A stretch of DNA of 64,000 nt from Octopus sinensis (Eukaryota): the NCBI RefSeq assembly GCF_006345805.1, contig NW_021832592.1, positions 47,061 through 111,060 on the forward strand, written 5' to 3'. The notes below the pieces were generated by a model. That model saw only the letters and a list, made by a program, of their open reading frames with translations, was not told the origin of the DNA and made no database searches. The stretch's first letter is position 1, and each line of letters begins with the position of its first letter. Made by a program: the position numbers and the translations under genes. Positions 12,198 to 24,550 of this stretch are shown piece by piece.

Positions 12198-12951
12198 CTG
12201 TGGTGGAAATATAAGAAAATTATAAAATTACACACAATTTATAAATTCTCGGTTCTTATATTTTTTGTATTTGTATAAAATGTATTACATATACAGAAAT
12301 TATTATCAGTATAAAAGATTTTAACATGTCATTTTTTCTTGCTGATTGCACCTGTAATCAACTATTCATTAAACAGTTTCATTCTCTATGCCGCTTTGTG
12401 CATAATCTTGTTTAATTACTTAAATCGTTTCTCATCACTGTGTAAAAATTATGGTTTGCTAATCAGATCCTCCTCGACATAGGCACAGAGCCACACATTT
12501 TGGGAGACGATTAATTGATTAAATCAGTGCTAGTAACTTAACTCGTATTATATTTTGTTGATCTCAGAGGAATTTAAACGACATAATTTGAACACAGAAG
12601 GCAAAGAGCTAGTATAGATACTGGAAGTATTTATTTGTTTAATGCTCTTACAATTCTTCATATCAACCTTCCTGTCGAGGTCTTAATGAGACCGAAGCAA
12701 TTTCAGACGAAATAATTAAAACGCACTCAACGATATAATTAAAATAATATTAGGCATTGCTTCTTGTATTTATTTCTCAGCGCATATTGATTTCTAGCTT
12801 CCGATTTCATACTCAATAAATTAAATAAGCTAAAACTAACTTTACTAACTTGCGGCTATTAATTTTATCAAGCAGAAGTTGATAAAGGAACAGAGTAAGA
12901 CTCTGTTCTTGTTCTGATGTGAATTCTGAAACTAACAGGAAGAAACTAGAG

Positions 12952-13170
12952 CAGTGCTTTTCAAACTTTTTGCTGGAGCGGAACCCCAAGGAAACATTCC
13001 ACTGGCTCGGGGAACCCCTGTGCAATAATTTAATAGTCTTATGCACACATATCTGCACAGGAAAATTAAAAATTACTGCCGATTTTAGCAGTTTTGTAAC
13101 TTCTTGCGGAACCCCTGGACTGTACTGGCGGAACTCTAAGGTTCCGCGGAACTTTGGTAGAAAACCACTG
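12952..13170. mobile_element. hAT (Charlie-like) MITE
   Basis: TIRs CAGTGCTTTTC / GAAAACCACTG and perfect 8-bp TSD AACTAGAG on both sides. Confidence 0.92.
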
Positions 13171-13259
13171 AACTAGAGTATTGAATTTAGTCTAACGCTT
13201 CATATTATTCAGTATGGCATTTCTATAATCAGAATCTACTCTTGGGACCCATTTTTCAA

Positions 13260-13842
13260 CTGTAATGTAACATCAGCTCGAATATGTTTGAAGCACGTTC
13301 GAAACGGTGAACAAGCTACTCACTGCGCTTTGTCACGGAAAATATATCCCGTTTGTTAACAAATGGTTTATATACACCTATATCCGTGATAATAATATAA
13401 TAAATACGCCCTTTTAAAGCCTAGCCAGACTCATGGGCCCAGTTTCCCGGTTTCAATGGCGTATGTGTTCCTCAGCTGGACGCGGATGCCAGTCCGTCGC
13501 AGCTTTACTCATTTTTGCCAGCTGAGTGGACTGGAGCAACGTCAAATGAAATATTTTGCTCAAGAACCAAAGCATCGCCCGGTCCAGGAATCGAAACCAC
13601 AATCTTACGATCACGATACTGACACCCTAACCACTAAGCCATTCACCTCCACTAGATCCGTGATAACTACTCCGAAATGCTTGCATCTCACGGTTTGGGT
13701 AGATGGCGCTGGGAGCTGATGTAGGTGTATACATACCATTTGGCAACAAACGTGATATATTTTCCGTGACAAAACGCAATGAGTAGCTTGTTCACAGGTT
13801 CGAACGTGCCTCAAGCATATTCAGATGAAAATAACATTGCAG
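13260..13842. mobile_element. MITE with ~100-bp TIRs carrying a SINE insertion
   Basis: 13281-13380 is inverted at 13723-13822; tRNA-SINE (13407-13650, minus) in the middle flanked by duplicated ATCCGTGATAA. Confidence 0.75.
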
Positions 13843-13999
13843 CCTTACTTATCACGGCTTAGCGCTCCTCCTCCATTATTTCAAATAGTTAAAAATAAAT
13901 TTGGATGTCAAATATGCTAAGTGCTGCGGGCTATAAAGTTTGCTGAGATTTTGTGAGTTTCTACTTAAAAGGATGTTTAGGCTGAATTTGTTCATTTGT

Positions 14000-14800
14000 A
14001 TAAAAGGAAAAGAAAACACAGTATCCTATCCAAAAATCGAAGTATTTTGTAAAAATTATAAAATATCATCTAGATTATGGCTGAGAGATAACGCTTTATT
14101 CAAAGTAGCCACCCGCAGCTTCTACCATGGCCTCAAGACGACTCCAGAAACTGCTGCATGCGTTCCTAACCATATCTCTGAGAAGATCTTCGAACACCGC
14201 TTTGAACTTGACCATCCGCTCGGGCTTAATGCTGCAGGCAGAGAGACTGGTGTCTTTTTTTAACTGCGCCCTACACATAATAATCTATGAGATTACAATC
14301 GGGTAAATCAGGAAACTAGAAAAATTCAGGCAGGGGAAGCCATAGAAATTCTCCAGAAACCACTTCTAACTCTTTCTGGAGGCATGACATGGAGCCTAAT
14401 TCTGCTACTACACATATGATCTCCCAGCAGCAAACATCTCCAGTCAGGGTTTGACAACAGTACACAGACGTTTCACATAATCGTCTGAATTAAGATTAAG
14501 GCCCTGTTCAAAGATGTGGGGATGAATTCCGGTATGCGATCGCAGTCAGAAAGCCTGCTGTGTCCCTTCCCGCTGGCCACGGTTTCGTAGTTTTCGTTGT
14601 AACTGTCCATGTCACGTTCTACAGCCCGTGCAGTGTTCACAGAGTATTGAGCGGCAGTCAAAATGTCGGCATTTCGATACCCAGCACAAATCATCGTGAC
14701 ACAAGGCAATCTTTTTCCAACATTCAGATGGCTTCCAGTCCTCCATATTAGCTAACTTTCTTTCAATTACAACTTTTATTTTTATGCTCTCCATCACCAT
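14000..14800 (-). mobile_element. Tc1/mariner-superfamily (DD37D/maT-like) transposase relic
   Basis: C-terminus ACSSFWSRLEAMVEAAGGYFE, upstream PDCNLIDYYV and APCHAS remnants; multiple stops and frameshifts. Confidence 0.7.
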
Positions 14801-15226
14801 TGACTGTTCACTAATACATCAGGCTATTTCTGAACAAGGAGACATAAAATATGGTCAAATGTTGCTCGAACATCCTGAAGATGGCACAGTATAAAGTTTA
14901 AATTAGAATTAGCAAGTTCAAAACTCATGATATAGCTAAAACAGATTAAATTTCCAATAGCTAGACATATTTTATCTAGGTCTGAAGAAACAAGTTGAAA
15001 TGCGATTTTCATCTGAACGAGCTTCAACGTGATTCTTATTCCGAAATATATGCAAAATCTCACTCAAATAACATTAAAAAAGAAACATTAGATAGTGTAA
15101 TCTATTCAGAAACGATCTGAGGATGGCCATAGACTGACTGCATTTGACAATAGGACTACTCGATCGAGCCGACTAGGGCTCGAAACTGTTCCACGTCCAA
15201 AACAACTAAAACTAAAAGTTACTCAC

Positions 15227-15311
15227 CAGAATCATACCTTGAGGGCAATTGTCTTTCAACTTGAAATTTATACGCATATTATCACTACAATTTAGTATGA
15301 CTACAGCATAA
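15227..15311 (-). CDS. Exon 4 of MRH/ATG27-like gene
   Basis: tctttcttggcag|(S)YAVVILNCSDNMRINFKLKDNCPQGMIL|gtgagt; 85 nt, phase-compatible. Confidence 0.8.
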
Positions 15312-15699
15312 CTGCCAAGAAAGAAAAAAATGGAATATTAATCAATCTACTCCTCAACGCATGCGTGATTTTAGAAATGCATAAACACATAAGACATAGT
15401 TGAGTGGTTAATACTTTTAATGTGTAAATTTCGAAGCATCGTGTTAAATTCTAGTCTAGTACTTTTGCATATAAACACATATACATACATAAATACATAC
15501 ATACTACTTGCATACAAACAAGTACACATACATGTGTACATAATTCATAACAGCAACACGTAAAAAAGCATATTCATACTTCTGTTCTAAAGCATCAATT
15601 TCTAATCGGGATAGTTAAGTCGTGCAATGTTTTGTTTTTGAAGTTCAACATTCCTGCGCCTGATTACATTATCGCGAAAGAAAAAGGGCAAAAAGAGCA

Positions 15700-16235
15700 G
15701 TGGCTGCAGTACATGAGCTCATTTTAGTCGCGCTCGAAAATCAAAACAGGGAATATTCACACAAGACTGTTTTGATCGAGAGGTATCGTTTATCACGCTT
15801 TTTTTTCTTTTTCATGTCGTCAGGCGACCAGGAATGAGTTTTATATGGATGGACACAAGTATTTGAATTAGGTACAGCGAAGAAAGAGACATGAATAAAG
15901 CAAAATCTGCTTTATTTACCACCATGCACCTTATTACGCGTCACTTGTTACGATTTTATGGCAAAGACCGTGATCACTCGCGATTTCCAGCCTCCCTACA
16001 CTCTGGAGTTTTTCCCTGCAGACTTCCTTTGTTCTCAGTCATTGAATTTTCCTTGAATGGTCAACGATTTCAGGTGGTAGAAGGGATCGAAGAAAATTCT
16101 TCACGGAAACTTCGTATTAACGTTAAAGCGTTTTCCAGAGAGTGTTTTAAAATAAAAAAAGTAAAAACAAACAAACAAAAAGACTTGGAAGCGTGGTATC
16201 GAAAGTGAAAGGAACTATTTTGAGAGAATGAAAGG
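15700..16235 (+). mobile_element. Mariner transposase relic
   Basis: Decayed PPY(SPDLA)PADF..F and L-NGQRF segments, ending in a GxYFE-like sequence. Confidence 0.6.
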
Positions 16236-16377
16236 TAAAGTTGACTCCCGAGGAATCTGAACTTACAACGTAAAACCAGAAAAAATGCCGCTAAACAATT
16301 TTTCCGGCGTAGTAACGATTCTGCCAGCTAGCTGCCTTACAATGCTGTTTAGTATAAAAAATTATAGAGCCTGACAT

Positions 16378-16909
16378 ATGGTGGCTGCCCCCTCGTTATC
16401 GTGTATGGCCATTGCACGAAGCATAATCAATGTTGTTATCGTGCAATGCCTATGCAAGAAGATTCTTTTAAAGTGAGTCAATCCCACTCACTAAGCAACA
16501 GCAGCCATAATCCGAAAAGAAGAACAAGTCAACATCATCGGTAACCACTGAGCCGCAGGTTTTATGTCGGAGTTATCCCAGTAACCTGAGTTACCTTCTC
16601 CTAGAAGGATGCCCTAACAAAGTCTAGGAGTCCTTCACTCCCAATGGTTTAACCGCGCGATCGAGTATTCAGTCCGATTATTTCTATGTTCCCGCGTATG
16701 ATACAGCCTTAAGACTGTTATTGGATGGCCGTTGACTCTCAAGAGTTCTTCCGCCCTTTGACGGGTTTTGTTTTTCATCCCGCAGGATGTCCAATAAACA
16801 CCCTCCTCGCCAAATAAGCTTGGTGGGGTTGCCGATTTAGTCGCCGACGACCCGACCATGCAACAGGTTGCAGTGGGTTACATGTTACCAGTAGCACTCG
16901 AAAGTGACC
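16378..16909 (-). mobile_element. Non-autonomous bipartite RTE-derived element
   Basis: Homologous to 59410-60362; RTE 5'UTR-like CTAGGAGAAGGTAACTC; 3' end ACGAGGGGGCAGCCA shared with RTE tail at 62221; 5' end abuts (CATA)n. Confidence 0.75.
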
Positions 16910-17023
16910 TGACATATACATACATACATACATACATATATACATGCATACATGCACACGCTCACATACATACATTCATACATACATACATACATACATA
17001 CATACATACATACATACACACAG

Positions 17024-17075
<52 letters not shown>

Positions 17076-17367
17076 ATGTGTGTGCCGGTCTTCCTTGGAC
17101 CTGTCTCTTGCGTCAGTTCAGAACGTCTGCCTTCCTGGTGTTTGTTGCTGAAGAGGAGATAACCATTCTAAAATGGACGCATACATGCCAAAGATTAGGG
17201 AATGTTGGAAACTGACTCAGTGTGATTATACTTTACTGTCAGCGCAGAAGCAATACCGAGACTCAAAATCTGAGAGTTTCGTGCGTTGGCACTTCAGATT
17301 AATAAAAATATCCAAATACTCGTATTTTGAGCTCTATTTACCCGATTTGCACTAACATAGCTGTATG

Positions 17368-17399
<32 letters not shown>

Positions 17400-17401
17400 A
17401 T

Positions 17402-17439
<38 letters not shown>

Positions 17440-17441
<2 letters not shown>

Positions 17442-17632
17442 ACCTCGTGTGTACCGTTGGCGATTTTTTTCCTCTGTCTTCCCTTCTCTGGATCTTTCCT
17501 TCTCCTATGTTTCCGACGAAGAGCTCCGCTTGAAACGTTAAACCCTCCTTCTTTCCTGAGCGTCCAATAATACTATATTGTTCCACGTCCTCGCGGTGTT
17601 GTGCTTTTTTGTGCTTTCTTGTTTGCATTAAC

Positions 17633-17633
<1 letters not shown>
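17440..17633 (+). mobile_element. PLE terminal-repeat fragment with minimal hammerhead-like motif
   Basis: GTTTCCGACGAAGAGCTCCGCTTGAAACGTTAAAC at 17509-17543; related to 31500-31750; ends in (TA)n. Confidence 0.6.
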
Positions 17634-17695
<62 letters not shown>

Positions 17696-17844
17696 AAATG
17701 AATAAAAGATTTTAACACAATTCCTTTACTTTCAACACATGTTTCGAAGACTGCATATTCTTAATTCACATTATCACTGTGAACATTATGTAGCAAGCCA
17801 TAGAAAAGTTTTTGTCCGTCTTGAGGCTGATTGATTTTCCTTGT

Positions 17845-17927
17845 CTTTCCTGATGAGAAGACGGCATAATGCACACTTTATTCCTTCGGAATTAAGAATA
17901 TGCATGCTTCGAAACATGTGTTGAAAG
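17845..17927 (+). ncRNA. Type I hammerhead ribozyme in a (TA)n-flanked cassette (17691-18120)
   Basis: CTTTC-CTGATGA-GAAG...CTTC-GAAAC ATGT GTT-GAAAG; all three stems pair; GUU cleavage triplet. Confidence 0.8.
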
Positions 17928-18116
17928 TAAAGGAATTGTGTTAAAATCTTCGTTCGACTCCATTCTTTTATTCATCTTAAATAATACACAAATTACCACA
18001 CAAGAACACGGGGTTTCTACCCTTGGCATGTAGCTTCAACCGTGTTTTCTGACGTGAATTTGCTACCCAGGTATCGATTAACCGAATTATCAAAACTAGG
18101 ATAATTCATTCACCTA

Positions 18117-18166
<50 letters not shown>

Positions 18167-18327
18167 AGTATTTTCATGTTTTCGTGTACGCAAAACAAGA
18201 CACGTGAGTCTGTCCTCTATATGCACATACATAAACATATTCCTTTAAGTATAAGCACGCAAACAGAAATACAGGCATATGTGTATATGAAGGCATCGAC
18301 ATACATATTCATAAAAAGAAAACATAC

Positions 18328-18416
18328 CTACTATAGTATATACCAAAGTCATTAGTTTCGAATGTACGAAACGAAGCGCCTGCTTGGAGACCAAGAACGC
18401 CGCCGTTCATAGCCAT
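18328..18416 (-). CDS. Exon 3 of MRH/ATG27-like gene
   Basis: ttttgtag|MAMNGGVLGLQAGASFRTFETNDFGIYYS(S)|gtatgt; 89 nt, phase 0 to phase 2, exactly what exons 2 and 4 require. Confidence 0.75.
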
Positions 18417-18854
18417 CTACAAAATAAAGTTATGTTTCATTGCAATAGTGGTATAAATTTCTATAATAGATAGAAATCCGGACAAAATAAATTTCGCTGT
18501 TTGGTTACGTATCTCTTCATTCAGATTTCAAAATACACTAGGAACAGTCAGTGACTTTTGCATTCGTTCTCTAGGGTTCGATGTAGTAAACACGAATTAA
18601 ATAATAATATAGATAATTTAACGAGTAAGTTTACTCATGTAATTTGGTTTCGCTATTCAAATTTGTCAAAACTTTCATGCGTCCACGTAAATTAACGGTT
18701 CGATGAAGAGACGGAGTGAATAAGTTCAAGGCTTAGAAAAGAAATACTGGTGTCGATTAATTCATTCGACTCAAGGCGGTGCCCCAGCATGGCCGCAGTC
18801 TAATGACTGAAACAAGTATAGGATGAAAGAGATAGGGTATGTAATGTATGCAGA

Positions 18855-18896
<42 letters not shown>

Positions 18897-18984
18897 GTAG
18901 TTGGCGGGCAATTTAAATCTGACCTTGTACACACGTGCATATATATGTATGTTTGGACGTTCGTATATGTAAGTACAACGTGTG

Positions 18985-19038
<54 letters not shown>

Positions 19039-19060
19039 ATTTATGTGCTAATGTGGTATA

Positions 19061-19103
19061 TTCAACTGACGAAAGCAGAGCTTATTTGAAGCAGGATCTT
19101 GAA
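19061..19103 (+). ncRNA. Degenerate hammerhead motif in (TA)n-flanked cassette (19034-19340)
   Basis: TTCAA-CTGACGA-AAG cagag CTT attt-GAAG-CAGGATC-TTGAA; core GAAA changed to GAAG. Confidence 0.55.
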
Positions 19104-19334
19104 TTATCCAGTAATATCTTTTTGCTAGTTTATTTTGTCTCTCTGTCTTATCTCGTGGTGCCATATGAACATTTTAGGGGGTTTTAGAGTCAGGGTTTGA
19201 CTGCTATTTCGGCATGGTGGTGTCTCTCAGATACCCTTATTTATAGTTGTGAAAAATTATTACCTCTGTATGGTATTTATTCCATGCTGACCACTTGATA
19301 ATATCGATATTTAAATATTGATATTATCCTTATT

Positions 19335-19422
<88 letters not shown>

Positions 19423-19423
<1 letters not shown>

Positions 19424-20753
19424 ACATTAAATTTAGGGTAAAAATTGATATTTATCAATTAGAACCAGTGGTCTAGCATATTAAAGAAAGAATCCGAAGA
19501 TTAAAATATTTATATATACCAATTAAGGACTGAACACGAAAAAGTGGACAGTCAACATGCTAGATATAGACGTCAAATCGCCATTCTCCACAAAAAGTCT
19601 ATGTTCTCAGATCAGACTCAACACAAAACCAAAACAATAAACAAGTGAAAAATATTTACCCATGTACTAAATTCAGTTTCGGCTGTTATTTTCCGCAAGG
19701 AAAAGTGCAGCCATCATCAGCATGGTCCCATATAAAATGTAATTTGCTGTACTAAATGCCAACACGATACCGAAATATCGCGTGCATGGAGTACGGCCTA
19801 TTACATTTGAAATATATATTTCAAATGTCTCTAATTTTGGCGCGATGAGACCCGAGAAAACTAGCCTGCAGCTAATAGTTAGCAGCAGTTAATTTATCGG
19901 TTAGAGAACAAATATTTATATAACATTAAATTTAGGGTAAAAATTGATATTTATCAATTAGAACCAGTGGTCTAGCATATTAAAGATATTTCGGTATCGT
20001 GTTGGCATTTAGTACAGCAAATTACATTTTATATGGGACCATGCTGATGATGGCTGCACTTTTCCTTGCGGAAAATAACAGCCGAAACTGAATTTAGTAC
20101 ATGGGTAAATATTTATTTCGTATATTTTTCACTTGTTTATTGTTTTGGTTTTGTGTTGAGTTTGATCTGAGAACATAGACTTTTTGTGGAGAATGGCGAT
20201 TTGACGTCTATATCTAGCATGTTGACTGTCCACTTTTTCGTGTTCAGTCCTTAATTGGTATATATAATATTTTAATCTTCGGATTCTTTCTTTAATATGC
20301 TAGACCACTGGTTCTAATTGATAAATATCAATTTTTACCCTAAATTAATGTTATATAAATATTTGTTCTCTAACCGATAAATTAACTGCTGCTAACTATT
20401 AGCTGCAGGCTAGTTTTCTCGGGTCTCATCGCGCCAAAATTAGAGACATTTGAAATATATATTTCAAATGTAATAGGCCGTACTCCATGCACGCGATATT
20501 TCGGTATCGTGTTGGCATTTAGTACAGCAAATTACATTTTATATGGGACCATGCTGATGATGGCTGCACTTTTCCTTGCGGAAAATAACAGCCGAAACTG
20601 AATTTAGTACATGGGTAAATATTTTTCACTTGTTTATTGTTTTGGTTTTGTGTTGAGTCTGATCTGAGAACATAGACTTTTTGTGGAGAATGGCGATTTG
20701 ACGTCTATATCTAGCATGTTGACTGTCCACTTTTTCGTGTTCAGTCCTTAATT

Positions 20754-20755
<2 letters not shown>
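19423..20755. mobile_element. Retrozyme-like ~499-nt tandem unit with inverted 5' block, inserted in (TA)n
   Basis: 19423-19985 minus-strand ~1.1 units (period 499); 19986-20755 plus-strand ~1.5 units; no substantial ORF; one HHR per unit. Confidence 0.85.
20039..20104 (+). ncRNA. Type I hammerhead ribozyme (identical copies 20549-20614 +, 19660-19725 -)
   Basis: CCATG-CTGATGA-T-GGCTG cac TTTTCC ttgc GGAAAA taa CAGCC-GAAAC TGAATTTA GTA-CATGG. Confidence 0.92.
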
Positions 20756-20794
<39 letters not shown>

Positions 20795-21172
20795 CCAAGA
20801 GAACTAGAGGTTATGAATCCAACCAACTAAGGGATAATATCTATCCAATATACTGCTGGTAGAATAAACAATTATTAATACACTAGTGTTTTTTCTTTAC
20901 ATGGAAATTACACTCCTGAATGTAATAAATGTGTGAAGGTAAACCGTTTTTTACCTTTAATTTATACAGCAATAAGAAAATGCAGGGGATCAAGAGTTGG
21001 TATTCATCAACTTTTAGACATTATATTATGTCTATTTATTTATTTTTTATAAAAACAATTATAATCCATACATATACAACGTATTATGCTTTACATATAT
21101 AATATGTAATATATAAAGTACCAGTAATTATTAAAATATATAACGTAGAGCATAGAAAGTAGGATAGTCTGT

Positions 21173-21289
21173 TACAGCTGTTTCAGCCAAGAGGCCAAAA
21201 GTACCCCTCTCTACTTCCATCCCGTCAGTGAACTGAAGTATTTGGTAGATAAGATTAAGGTACTTGGGTGTGTCTCTGGGCTTCGTCAG
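21173..21289 (-). ncRNA. Hammerhead core with ~100-nt stem II; stem I not evident
   Basis: CTGACGA-AGCC.AGAG..CCAAGTACC...GGTACTTTTGG.CTCT.GGCT-GAAACAGCTGTA. Confidence 0.6.
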
Positions 21290-21321
21290 TTTTGTCAGTG
21301 AGCACACACAAACATTCACAC

Positions 21322-21499
21322 TCACACACACATTCATTGCCTTTTATTTGTGTTTATATGTATCTTTGTGTGTGCGTGAGTATGTATTGGTGTGTGTGTC
21401 ACTGTTGAAGTCGCTCCTTCAACTTCACACACACACACACACATTCATTGCCTTTTATTTGCGTGTATGTGTATCCATGTGTGTGCATGAGTATGTATT

Positions 21500-21548
<49 letters not shown>

Positions 21549-21571
21549 CTGTTGAAGGCGTTCCTTCAACT
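21322..21571. repeat. Two-copy ~120-bp direct repeat with (GT)n expansion
   Basis: CACATTCATTGCCTTTTATTTG...GAGTATGTATTGG(TG)n ACTGTTGAAG..CCTTCAACT twice. Confidence 0.85.
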
Positions 21572-22734
21572 CGTTTGTGTATATATTGGCTTAGTGGTAT
21601 AAGAATGTTTTGAAACTGTGACTATGATGCAAGTTTCGAGTACTTGTTAACTTTTTTCTCCTCGTCTTCTAATAGTAATTACCCAACTTTCTAGGTTCTT
21701 CTCACAGATATCCCGCGTTCAAAAATTATACGGGTATTTAAAAAAAAATTTAATTCAATAAATATGGTTTTTATATAACGCATACATTAATAGAATAAAA
21801 TATCGGTTTTCCAAAAAGCGAATTAAAACCTAAAAGAGAAAGCGAAAGACTTTGCAAATGAAACTGGAATACTCCGCAGTGAATGCAATTAATATTTAAA
21901 TCTGTGAAGAATTGGACGCAGTGAATGCAATGAGTATTTAAATTTGCGAGAAATTGGAGTTACGAAAATTCAAAAAACTTGAGAAATCGAAGTTATAGGA
22001 AATTTCTGAGAACATGAATTTATAAAAATATTTTCAGACGGTCAATCCTTTAATAATTGCTTTCTTTTAGTACTTTTAATAATTGTTACATACGTAATTA
22101 ATAAGCAACATCGCCATAGTTAATAGCTTCAAAATGTGCAAATTTTTGGTATTTTTAGCCACAGACATATAGGTACCTGTTTTCATAGTAACAGGACATG
22201 CATTGGGAACTTTCCTGTATAAAACATGTATATTTACCAAATATTTCATTTGCTTACAATTTGTTTTTCTGCTCTTAAAACTACATAGTGTATTGTTTAC
22301 TCTTTTTTCGCATTAAATGCATATTGAATACTCAAAACTACGAAATATGTTTGTTCTTTACTGAAATTTTTGGTTATTTTCGCTTATTAAATATTTAAAA
22401 CACGTGCTATCGTCGCAATGCTGGCATTATTGTTTTGTCGTCTTACGATAGCAGTCATGCACGAAATGACAAGTCCCAAATCTTGTTTTCTGACAGTGTG
22501 AAAATGATCAAACTTTAAATCTCTGCAACTTAAAAAAAAAAATCAGAGACAAGTGAATTAGGCCCTCAGATTTAGCATGAAAAATTACATCAAAACATCA
22601 AATTTGAAAATATTCACTTAATTTTAACATTTCAAAAAGTGCAGCCAAACAAAAAAGATCCGAATGGGGATCCGCAAAAATATTTTTAGGGTCCCTGAAA
22701 AAAATTTGCTTTAGATTTATGTATTAGTATGTAT

Positions 22735-24070
22735 TGCAAGAAACAGCTATGGAAAGTTCTGAAAAAGCTTGGTACACCTGACAAGATGTGGAATGTTATC
22801 ATCTTTCATGAGGGAATGAAGGCTGCTCTCGTGTCCGGTGGGGAATCTTCGGCTTCATTTGACGTTAGAAACGGCACAAAGCAAGGTTGTGTTATAGCTC
22901 CTGTTTTGTTTGCATTCTTCTTTTCAGAGATGCTGAGTTATGCTTTTGGCGACATACAAAGTGGTGTCAAATCCCAGTTTCGAACAAGTGGTGGACTATT
23001 CAATCATCAGCGTTTCAAAGCCAGAACACTGCTACGCACCAGCATCATTCGTGACCTACTTTCTGCAGATGCTGCTGCACTAGTAGCGACTTCCTTAGAG
23101 GAAGCTCAGGAACTTCTAGACCAGTTTCTGCTGTGTGTAAAGCCTTTGGTTTGACCATCAACATAAAGAAAATAGAAGCACTCCATCAACCTTGCCCTAC
23201 TTTTAAACAGATTCGAAGTGTCAAGCTGAAGCCACTGGTTCATGATTTTCCTGACAATTATGAGAAATCATTTACATATCTTGATAATAAAGTGAAAGTA
23301 GAGCGCTTCCCTTCGTGATGAAATCGTCAACAGTCTTGCAAAGGCAACCAAAGCATTTGGCAAAGTCCGCCATCGCCTATGGAATGAAAAGGGTATCAAA
23401 CTTGATAACAAACTACAGGTCTATAAAGCAGCCATTCTTACTACTCTCTTTTATGTCTCAGAATCGTGGATACCCTATAGACGACACATTAACTAACTAG
23501 ACATCTTCCACAAAGACTGCCTGAGGACAATCTGCAGTTATTCACTAAAAAACAGAGTTTCTGATGCCGACTTGTTTAGCAAGTGTAACATTGGTGGAAC
23601 TGAGAGCTTCCTTATACAATCACAATTGCGCTGGGCAGGCCATGTCATCAGAATGAGTGACGAAAGAATACCCAAAGTCAGTTTGAGAATGGGCACAGGA
23701 ACGTTGTTCGACCATGGTCCAGCTATAAGGACAAGCTGAAGAGTAACCTCTTAGAAATGAAGAGAGCTCGCAACACCTTTGAGCGAACAGCCCTGGAACG
23801 AACAAATTGGAAGTCGTTATTTCAAAATAGTATTAAAAATCTTGCTGCAACCAGCATTAACAGGCTTCGGGGTGCAAAGCAAAGGAGAAAGGTGGCTGCA
23901 AATATATCACCGACACTGGCCTGTAATCTTCATACTTGCAACATCTGCAGCCTTTGTAAATCGTTGGCAGGACTTAAATGTCACATTCGACATAAGCATT
24001 ATGACTGACAAAGAAAGAGTACGTTGTCGGAGCCTCATACAACGAAACGAAACCAACGGGAGAGTCCAGC
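22735..24070 (+). mobile_element. RTE-clade LINE, 5'-truncated and degenerate
   Basis: RT motifs NGTKQGCVIAPVLF, RDLLSADAAAL (YADD position), QLRWAGHVIRMSDERIPK, terminal CNIC..CKSLAGLKCHIRH zinc finger; tail in (TACA)n. Confidence 0.9.
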
Positions 24071-24096
24071 ATAAATAAACATACATACATGCATGC

Positions 24097-24152
<56 letters not shown>

Positions 24153-24468
24153 ATGAGTGTATATTTGTTTCTGCGCATGTTTGTCCACCCACTACCGTTG
24201 CTGGATTGTTTACGCAGCGGCAACTTAGCGGTTTGGCAAAAGATATCGATATCATAAGTGCTAGATTTACAGAAAAAAAAAGTAGTGATTGATTTGGTTG
24301 ACCAACCTCATCAAGGTGGTGTCCCAGTATGGCCGTGTGGTCTCAATGCAATGATAAAGCAATTAAATAATGTAAGATAAATCATATGTAAGTAAAACAA
24401 GGGCCATTTAAAAGAACAACATCAGGAAATTTGTATTAAATATACACATTAAAGCAAGCATCACTTAC

Positions 24469-24550
24469 TGCAACATCTTTTGTATCACCGACTGTATAAC
24501 CTGTACAGGGATTCCAAGAATACTTTTGAAATTCTGAATCAATCGTGAAT
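24469..24550 (-). CDS. Exon 2 of MRH/ATG27-like gene
   Basis: ttcaaag|A TTC...: (R)FTIDSEFQKYSWNPCTGYTVGDTKDVA|gtaagt; YSWNPC resembles the YxxNPC motif of MRH-like domains; 82 nt, phases match neighbours. Confidence 0.88.

Noticed and set aside
15117-15192. CTGAGGA...GAAAC hammerhead-like spacing
   Set aside because: Stem II is plausible but stems I and III do not pair; not counted.
17147-17290. CTGAAGAG in a microsatellite-flanked insert
   Set aside because: No properly placed GAAA or stem III; at most a very decayed pLTR.
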